A stretch of 63,857 nucleotides of DNA, the filler included, from Trichomonas gallinae (lineage: Eukaryota): assembly GCA_008369845.1 (NCBI GenBank). It is 7 parts of 7 records of this genome, joined end to end, with 100 filler letters (N's around TTAATTAATTAA, not from the genome) between each part and the next. Parts side by side here need not be neighbours in the genome. Positions count along the whole stretch, not along the records: positions 1 to 29,140 come from MRSU01001616.1; 6 more parts are not named here. One strand, given 5' to 3'. The translations under genes and the position numbers were made by a program. Shown here piece after piece: positions 10,594 through 20,700 of this stretch (the stretch's first letter is position 1; each line of letters opens with the position of its first letter). The notes under the pieces were generated by a model. It ran no database searches and was not told where the DNA came from. It worked only from the letters and a program-made list of their open reading frames with translations.

Positions 10594-11017
10594 TGGTAAA
10601 ATTAAATTTAATTACTCTGACTTTTATCGGCTTCCTTACAAATTACTTCTGTAGACTACATGGCAAAAAGTCAAATGATTGTCAAAAATCTGTTTTATTT
10701 GGCAAAAAGTCAAATGACAAATTTTAACTGGAAATAATTTGGGAGAAATGCCGAAAATATTTGGCAAAAAATATTAGATTACATGACATAATTGGGATTG
10801 ATTGTCAAAAAAAATATTTATTTGGCAAAAAAAAAATATTTACCAAATTCCTAAGATAAACAAACTAATCAGGAGTCTAATATATATTATATACATTGTG
10901 TTTATGTATTTTCTCGAATTATTATTTCAATTACACGTATTTTTTTAAAAAATTCAATTTATTAAGACTTTTTACTAGTAACTATAAGAAATTCTCATTG
11001 GAAAATATGTTAGTATA

Positions 11018-11419
11018 TCATTTGTGACCTTTCTTCTTCTTTAGAATCTCTGTAAGCCGATTTAGATTATTTTCAATTCTTTCTAACGAGTCTTCTGTTT
11101 TTTGAGATGACTTATCCAGTAAATCTATCTCATTGTCCAGTATATGTCGTTGTTCAGTGAACAAATCATTGATGTGATGGTAAACGTTATTCGCAGTTTG
11201 TGTAACGTTGTGATCTTCGACAACAAGGTTCTCAAATGGATAAACTTTGTAGTTTTCCATTGGTTCGAACTCGAATTTCTTCGGTGCTCTGACTCTGGGC
11301 GAAAAATTACATTTTCGTGTCATTATGTTTGTTAAATCAACTTCCCCCGGTTCTGCTTCAATACTATCGATGAAAGCATCACTGCTCGAAGGCTGGGACC
11401 AATCTTCGTGGATGCTCAT
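11018..11419 (-). CDS. hypothetical protein with C-terminal coiled coil and basic tail
   Basis: 133-aa ORF with coding-like composition between AT-rich spacers, ending LKKKKGHK. Confidence 0.7.
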   Translation of the reverse strand: MSIHEDWSQPSSSDAFIDSIEAEPGEVDLTNIMTRKCNFSPRVRAPKKFEFEPMENYKVYPFENLVVEDHNVTQTANNVYHHINDLFTEQRHILDNEIDLLDKSSQKTEDSLERIENNLNRLTEILKKKKGHK

Positions 11420-11702
11420 AAAAATTTTTAATTACAACATCACGAAAAAAAATAGTTTTTGTAATAATAAAAGTTTTTATTTATTCTAAATTGATAAAAA
11501 CAGAATTGTGCAATTTTAAATAAGGGAATCGAATTAATAATTCCACTACATCATATATCTAATGTTTTAGATCATTCCATGCATATAACGAAATTTTATA
11601 CATTATCAGCTACAATACTTTGATCATAAGAATATACAATTAAATTATATGACAACATTTATACATACAAAAATATAAACGAATATAAAACAATAAATAA
11701 AC

Positions 11703-14700
11703 TTAAAGTAGTTGTTCTAAAACATTTGTGTACAAAGCAGTTCCTGCTCTGATGTAGTCATAGTCATCTCCAGTGATTGGTAAGTCAATGCCCCATGCTG
11801 CTTCAGAAGCTCCCAGTGTTACTGTAGCTTGAGGAATGAGTGGGAATGTCAGTGTTATTGGACCAGCTGTTGACAGTGTCTGTGATTGCATCATTGATTG
11901 GTCATCATCTTCACTTTCTTCTTCGATAATGATTGGCTTGCAGACAATGCCTGGAAGCTTCTTGAATGGACATGTCATTATATCATCATCTTTAACTAGG
12001 ATAATATTTCCTGCTTCGTCAACATCACCAAATGCGATGTAAATTCCAGCCAGGAGGAGATCTCCATCTTGCACCTCTTCTTTCTCCTTGGCGATTGAGA
12101 ACTTGTATTCTATCTTGTTAACTTCTGTCTTCTTCTGAAGAGAAACCTCAACAAGATGAGCGTTGAGGAATGCGTTGACGTCGAAAATGCACGAAGCATC
12201 AACGACAGGAGAAATAGAATTCTCTAGCCATCTCTGGTACTGCTCGTATCTGTTTGTCAGCGACTGGATGAATGACTGAGGCGTGACACATGTGTAAATC
12301 TTTGAGAAAGACTTCCATTCATCAGGAACTTTGTTGAATAGCAGCGAAGAAGAGACATGGGTTCCTCTGAGTGTTCCTTCGATTGATTTATGAACGTATG
12401 CAACGATGTCGTTGAAGAACTCGATTTCGTGCCTCAAGAATGTTCCTTTCACGCTACTGAACTTTCTTGGGTCGATCGATGAAAGACTTCTTGGCATCTT
12501 TTCCAGCAAATCCAAAAGAATCTTCTGGATATCTGGTGTCAGTGTTGGATCAGGATTAACATGCTTGAATTCTAAAATTAATTTCTGCGCAACAACTAAA
12601 TCTCTTATTCTTGCAGCTGATTTTGACATGCCAACTGTTATACCATCAGGCAATAGTGGCAAATTAACGAGCTGCTGGGCAATGTTTGTCAGTGGAATAT
12701 CGCCAGGAACAGACCAAGCGCTCTTTGAGTCTCCATCAATGCTGAATCCTTCGTTTAGCGCCTCAGGTGAAATCAAATATCTCATCAATGCGTCGACTGT
12801 TCTTCTGTCGAATGGATCGGCAATTCCAGGGAAAACTAGACGCATTGTCTGCTGGTAGAGGTTCTCGACTTGAATGTCACTTGGAGATGCCGCAACAATC
12901 AAAGGAATCTGCTTGACGATATCAGCAAATGAGGCAACGTTCATTATTGGCTCGTTGATGAAGCCGCCCGGTCTGTAAAATGCTCGAGCAACACTTAAAA
13001 CAATCTGCAGAAGCAGGCAGAACGAAAGCTTCTTGATTTGGACAGTGTTAGTTGATACTTGTATGGCTGATGAATGTCTTGTGAACAATTGTTGAGCGAG
13101 AAGTCTTGTAGAAATTTCTGACTCATAATTCATCTTCTTGGCCTCAGAAATCAGTCTTTCTGGTAGATATGTTGGCGTGTGACAGACAATGATAAGTCTG
13201 AAGTTTGGATCTGCTTGTCCTGACTTCATCTTCCAGTAGATGTCTGCAATGACAGCAGCAGCTTCTTCGCTTGGCGACATGTAGTGAACAATCGCCAGAG
13301 AACCATTCTTCAAGACTTGGTTAACCATTTTTTCTGCAGTTGCAATTGATTCTTGGGCTTCTGAAATCGAAACTACACAGATAGAATCAAGATGGGACCT
13401 TGTCATTGCGTAAGCGTGAATTAAAGGTGTCGGACAGATGTCTTTTGATATAACAAGAGAAACTTGTGTCGAACTTGACGATATCATTTGATCTGCTTGG
13501 AATGGGTTTATCAGTGTCATGAAATTGTCGACAGTGTGGTTCTTGATGTATTTGATGATAGCATAGAGTGCATCTGGCGTTGAGCTGCCTAAGATGAATG
13601 GAATGTCGACTTTCTCTGGTATATATCTCGCGTCGTAGTCGAGCTTGTCGTCGTTCTTGTTCACAATAACGCTCAAAATTTCCGCAACTTTGATCGAGTC
13701 TAGTTCAACTTTCTGTTCTCTGTATCCTGCGAGTCTGAAAGTGAAGATTGATGCTCCAGTGAAAGGAAGAGCCAAATATGCTGTCTGTATGCAAGAAATG
13801 ATCAAAGATGACTTCAATTTCTTCAATAATTTCTCGTTGCATTTGGCGCTGATTCCATCATGTGTCATGCAATTGAACAAAATTTGTCCGAGGTGTGTAA
13901 TGTCGAAAGTGATGTTTGGATTGTACAAAATGATTCTCTGGGAGAGAATATACCAAACAACAGCGAGAAGATCAACATGTTCTTTGAATGGAATGATTTC
14001 TTCATAATAAGCAGCTTCTTCTGGAATGGATTCGTTTTCTGCTGCACCGATCATATATGAATTCTTCGCCTCGCAAAATTCATCGATTCTCTTTGTGTCC
14101 GTCAAGAAAGTATCAGCATCTACTGCAGTAATCAACTCCAAAGCTTTCTGCATCGAGTTCTTAGTTTGTATCCTGTGATTGCGTTTAACTGCGAGAGCTG
14201 CAATGTAATCTTTTTGTGAGTCTTTCTTCAAGTACTGCAAAATGACGCTGTTGAAATAGTCACGGACAATTGGAGACTTATCTGCATCACATCTGACTAT
14301 TATGACTCTGCTCATCAAGTTTTGAGGAACCAAGTTGACATCACCAGCCGTGTACAAGATTATCTTGAAGCCTTCTTTAACTGGAATGTCTTCTCCGTTG
14401 AAAATTATCTTCGTGTTTGAAGAAGGACAAAGTTGATCATTTGCAGCTAACAAAAGTGGAGTTGCTTTGTGAATATCTGTTATAACTAGTGGAGTTCCAT
14501 GTTCCATTGCATCCCTAATGACAAAATCTATGTTTGAGATACTCTGCGAAACGATTTTGACTCCGCTTGTAGCCTCAAAAGCTCTTAAAGCGAACCCATC
14601 TTTATCAATAATAAGCATTGTGTAGAATAAGTGCAAACCTAGAGTAACAGCGACTGAAATGTGTATTCCTGAGATGCAGTCGATCCTGTTTGTAGAATGA

Positions 14701-17700
14701 TCTGGGAAGTTGTCGAACATGAATTCGTTCATGAACTCAGAGTAATTTTCTGGGACAGCCATAATAGGTTTGACGATTGATTTCGCTGTCGAAAAGATCA
14801 TATCTCTTTCTCGTTCATGGATATCTAAAAGATAGCAAACAGAAAATGCGAAAAGAAGATTAGTGACAATTACAGTTCTCTTCAATTCCATCATGTGAGT
14901 CAAGTCTTTCTCCCATGAATTCCTTAACAGTTCATGCGAATCAGCGAGTTTCGAAAGAACTGTCAATCTCTCTGATAGTGCTTTATGCTCTGATTCGTAT
15001 TTCTCGAGTTGTGCAGTTAAATCTTTAAGCAATGCTTCGTCTTTTTGCAAAGTGATTTCTATTGCCTCGAAACTCTTGAGTTCGCTGCTTGTTGCCTCAT
15101 TGACCTTGTTGTATTCATCTGTTATTGCTTCTAATTTGTTCAAGTTGTAATTCAAGTCTTCCTTGACAGCTGTTATTGCTTCGATCGTCACAATATAATC
15201 ATAGATGAATTTAAGACCAGGAGGAATTAGATCCCAATTTACTTTGCTGAATTCTGGACGCTCCAAGAATCTCTTCAGCTGGCCTTGCTCAAATGGGCCA
15301 AGGATGAATGGTTTGACGTTATTCAGAACATTTTGTACGAAGTTTTCATCGTGAAGCAATTTCGCACCATTCTTGTCGTAATCAGGTTCGCAGTTCATAA
15401 AGATGCAAACACACTCAAGCAAAGAGCGAACGAATGGAGAAGGATCCTCTGTAGCAATTAATATTGTCTTGATATCATTTGTAGTCAATGATTCAACTTG
15501 AGAGCGATGTTCGTTGATTTTCGGTTCAAGGGAGTTGAACTTCTCAGTGAGTTTAGTAACAATTGATTCGAGTGCATCAAGTTCCTTCTTTTTGACTGAC
15601 ATTTCTGCATTCAAAACTTCTCTTCTCGACTCGATTGTTTCTTTTCTAGCCTGGTAACTTCTACTTAAAGAATCGCTATCTACTCTGACAGCATTCAAAT
15701 TAGGATTCAATAAATTAATTTTGAGCTGGATTGTCTTCATTTCATGGTCCATTTCCATGAAGCACTGAGCTGCACGGCTGCATTTCTCGAAGTTTTGATC
15801 AAGCTCTGCGTTCTTCTTTCTCGACAAAATGAAGAATATGTTCATGAATTTTGACAAGAAAATCGAAGGAACTCCTTCTGGTTTTGCGAGTTTGCATAGC
15901 TCAATGACATAGTCAGAGCAGTTAGGAACAGTATCGATGAAGAAATTCTCCATGCCTGACTCTCTCGCGAAACTCTGGAAAAGATATTTGATGTCGGAAT
16001 CAACCGGATTGACTGGTGCGAAAGAGTGGAAATTCGAGGTGTTCTTGATTGCTTTAGTCGATGAAACAACGAAAGCAATTGAACTAGAAACCAAGCTGTT
16101 TGTAAGTTTATATAGTTCTTCGAATGACTTGTTTTCGCCAAACTTCTTTTGCACCTTTTCAAGAACTTCGCTGAAATTGTCTCTTGCGAAGAATTGCGTG
16201 AAACATATATTGATACATTTCTTCATGATCTTTCTGCCGATTGCATCTGATTCTGGTTCGACGAAGAATAAAGTCTTATAGCCTTCCAAAGCATCATTAA
16301 ACGCATTAGAAAGATGCGTGACGAAATCTTTGTGCGAAATATGTCTGATTAAATGAACAAATTTGTAGTTGTTTGAATATGAATAAAGCTTCGAATAAGC
16401 GAATTTTTTGACAACATCTTTTCCGACTAAAATTGAGTTTCTTCCCGGTTCTTTGATCGCCATCATCAGTGAAGCGAAATTGCGCATGTTGAGTGGCGCA
16501 AAATCGAAATTAATTATGTCGTCGTGATCAGCTCTTGCTTTCTTGTACATATCAGCAATTTCTTGGTAGAATGTTTCGTATGATTTTTCTATTAAAATTA
16601 TGTTGTTGTCTTTGTCGTAGTCAGCAATGCAGAGAGAATTAAGCTGCAGGAAGTCTTGAACAACTTTCTTTTCGAAAGGGGTCGGCAGAGTTTCTTCTGC
16701 AATGTTAATAATCAAGTCTCTGTAGAAGGAAACATCGTATTTGTGTAAGGTAGTATAATAAAGCAGAGCCATGATCATCTTCGTGCAGAGAATCGTGTCA
16801 GCTTTATCTGCATAAGAGTTAATCTTCTTGCAGATGTTGAATGAATGTCTTGCAATGTTTTTATCATCGAGTTGCTCCAAAATGTCAACAATGAACTTAG
16901 AAATCCACTCGCATTTAAGTGCGGATAAACCAGAGGACTGTAGATATTTCTTTGAAACAATGCGAGAAGATGAAGCGGTAAGTTCATCAAGACGGATTGG
17001 TAAGAAGTGCGACAAGAATCTTCCAGGCAATGAAGAAATATCGTTTGTTGTGACAATGATACGAATTGGCGGTAGTTTAATGAACTCGCAGAACTTAGGA
17101 TCATAAGGTGATGACAGTCTAACTCTTGCTTCTTCAATGATCATTCTGATGAATTCCATCATTGTTATGTGAGTTTTCTGGACGCATTCAACAACGAAAA
17201 CGAAGCTTTCATCGTAATGAACTGATTTATCGGTGTAGTCAGTCATCTTGCTGATGTATTTCGCGATGTGTGCAGCAGAAAGGTCACTCGATGAATGAAT
17301 GAAAATCGGTCTGATGTCTGGATTCTCCTGGAAGAAAATAGACAAGAACATATCAAGCCTAGTTTGGTCTGGACTGTGCAGTAAAATGTTCAAGTGAGTG
17401 TGGAATACCTGCGTGAGTGTGTTAATTGTTGGAAGGTAAGCAAATGGGACGACAAATCCACCTTCTTTCGAGCTGATGTTTGCATCAAGAGGTCTAAGTT
17501 TGTTGAATTCGATGCAGACTGATTGTAATGTAGGTGTTGGGAAGGCTTCGAGGAAATCCTTAGGCATGTACTCCGGCCATGGATCAATGTTGATGCTGTA
17601 CTTATCACGAAGCCATCTTTCGAACTTCCATTGTTCTTTTTCGTCAAGGATTCCTGAATAAACGTGGAACATCGAGAAAGCAAGAACAGAAGTGATTTGT

Positions 17701-20700
17701 GCTTGTGTTGCGAGCATTTCTTTGTTCTTCGAAAGAGTGCTGAGCGCGTAAACACAAGACTGATAAGGCAAAACTTCTGATATATATCTTGCATCATCGT
17801 TTGTGAATTGTGGCTCCTTAACATAGCATATTGGGTTTCTTGTGTTGTAAATCTTGCTGACGACATCTGGAGCAATAATCTTGAACGCTTCATAAACAGA
17901 GTTGATTGAATCGCTTGTGAGATCTCTGACAAATGAAGCAGCGTGAGAAAGAGTGAGTAATGGATTGAACATTGCGCAGTTCTTGTCGACATCTTCGTAG
18001 GACATGACAATAGCTGATCTGGCGATGAGAGAAGGAGAAGCATGAGAAATATCTGTTGTTTCAATGATGATACCAGGATTTCCGGAGTCTTTGTGGAAAG
18101 TATCAATTGAGCCCAGTCCGAATGATGAAAGATCAGGAGTACCAAGGAAGCTCGTAATGAACGAATCGAATTCTTTTGTGATTGGTCCATCAAACTTCAT
18201 GATTACGTTATAATCCTTGCGACTGTCGATTTTCTCATTGACAATTGAAATAATTTGACCATGCTTGTATACTCCGTCAACTGTTTCGCCGTACATGTTC
18301 TGTGAAATGTCGGAATTCATGTAGCAGTTGATGACTTTGAACGGCTTGATCTTCGGGAATTGTTTCTTGAATTCTGGTTGCTTCATTACGTTTTCGAGAA
18401 CTTTTGTCATTAATGATTTACCCGTGTGAGGTGGACCGACAATGATGACGCACATTCTGTTGACCAAAAGTTCTTTGACAGTGACAACGTTGTTCACGAA
18501 GAACTGTGTTGGAATCTTGACACTGAGGCGTGAGCATTCTTTGATGATTAACGCTCTGAATGCTTCTCTGTCTTCGTTGTACCTCGCGTATTCCACTTTT
18601 TCGATGAGTTCTTCGAAAGATTCTCCAAGAGGGAATGATGCGTAAACTAAATGAGTCAAAACGCTGTGATCACATTGTGATTCGAAGAAATCGTAGCAAG
18701 CGCTTGCAAGCATAGCATCCTCAGAACCTGTTCTCCTGAAGTTCGCAGCATTCTCGATAATAGCGTTCATTTCAGGAAGTGGGGTCTTGAATCCTAAAAG
18801 AGGTTTGATACTCTTCAAGAAAGCAACAAGTTTCGGAGCAAGTTCTGCGTAATCATGGAATCCTGTCGTCAATAATTTGATCTGAGCAAATGTTTCAAGA
18901 TCCGGTGAACGCATTGCGACTATGCGAGCGAATGATCTTATCTGCTGAGGAAGTTGCTCTGTTTTTGCTGATGTCGTAAACAAAATTCTTGATTGTTTCG
19001 AATAAGGAATAGATTGTCCTTCAATGTTAATCTTTCCGGTGTTGTTCAATGAGTTTATCTGCCATGAGCAATCAAACAAATATGCGAGCTTCGAGTCTGT
19101 CATTCTCTCAATGCCAGCAATGATTGTCCAAGCTCCAATTGTTGATGTTCCGATGACAATTCTCTTCAATGACGCTGCGTTGATTTCTGGGAAAGAGTTG
19201 AAAACGAAAGCAGGAGAACCAAACATAGAAGCGAGATGTCTCGCGATTAAAATCTTGCCCGAATGTGTTGGACCAGAAATCAATGTTTGTCCGAACAATG
19301 AACCAGCAGCGGCTACATCCTGGTAAACGCTTTCTATTTCAGGTGTGAAAATTAAGCGGGGAACTTGACCCCAGTATTCATATCCGAAGCTCCATTTGTT
19401 TGTTCCGAGTTCAACAATGACATCGTTCGTTGAGCCCTGGAAGCTGTAGGAAAGGATATTATTGAAGGCAAGTTCTTGCTGATAATTCCATCTCGGCTGG
19501 TAGATCTCTTTGAATCTATCCCTGATAGAAAGCAGGAAAATGATGATTGAAGCAATCTTAGGTTTATCATTTTCAGGGATATTCAGTGCACGAACACCAA
19601 TTGCGTCGTTAATTCTCCTCTGCAACAAAGCTTCGAAATCTAGGAAAGCCTTTGGATGCGTTTCAAGCATCTTGAAGCATTCAAAAACTTCGCGCATCAA
19701 AACAATATTCAAAACAATGTGAGCGATGTATGTCGAAGTCTGCTGTACCCATTCAGCAAATGGCATCGTTGGGAAGAGAACTAATGAAACAGATATATGT
19801 TCTCTCATGCCTGCCTGCATTGCTTCAATAATATCGTTAACGAATGTTTCAACGTCTGATGAATATCCGACTTGATGCAAGAAACTCAATGTGTCTGAAT
19901 GATTGCCAATGAGTCCATATATTTTCACTCTCTGGAACGATTCATTGTTTTCTTGATCACTCTCATGAGTGTCGAACTTTACAACACCCATTAAAACCTT
20001 CACGATGATGTGCGTGAAAGATTCGAATGATTTCGTTGTGATGAGTTTGAGAATTTCGAGGTCTGACAAGAAGTTGAATCTTGGGCAGAGCTGGCGTTTT
20101 CTGTCGATAAGTGGAGAACTCGTGCTGATGACTTCTTCTAGTGTTTTGTCCATTTTTCTGATGATAGAATAAAGGTTTTTGTACGAGCAAACTTCGAAGA
20201 GTCTGTTATCGTTCATGACATGGCGAGCGATTTCGTGCCAAGTTGATTGTGTATCGAGATACTTTTCTGCTTGTTTCGGCAGCATTTTCCTTGCTTCATC
20301 TGACTTGAATATTGTTGCGACGCAGTTGAAGTTGCGTTGGAACAAGAACCAGCTCTCGAGAATTTGATGCACATTGTTCAAGTTCTGAATAAGTTCCGAG
20401 CATTGATTCCTGATGTTTCCTGAATAAGGATTGGACTGTATTTTCTCGAGAGTGATAAGTGAGTCGCTGATTTCTGTGAGAATAGGATCAATTGGTGCAA
20501 TGGCAAGTGTATCTTCAGTGAGAACAGCTGTCTCTTGCAGTGGAAGTTTAATGTGGTGCCAGCGTTCGTGGACAGAAATAAATTCGAGCTCGATTTCTGC
20601 TTCGGCATTCGCGAATGACGTGACTTGAGCGACAGCAGCATCATTAGAAAGAATTCCATATGTTAAGAGCTGGTGTATTGTGACTTCTGGAACATATTTC

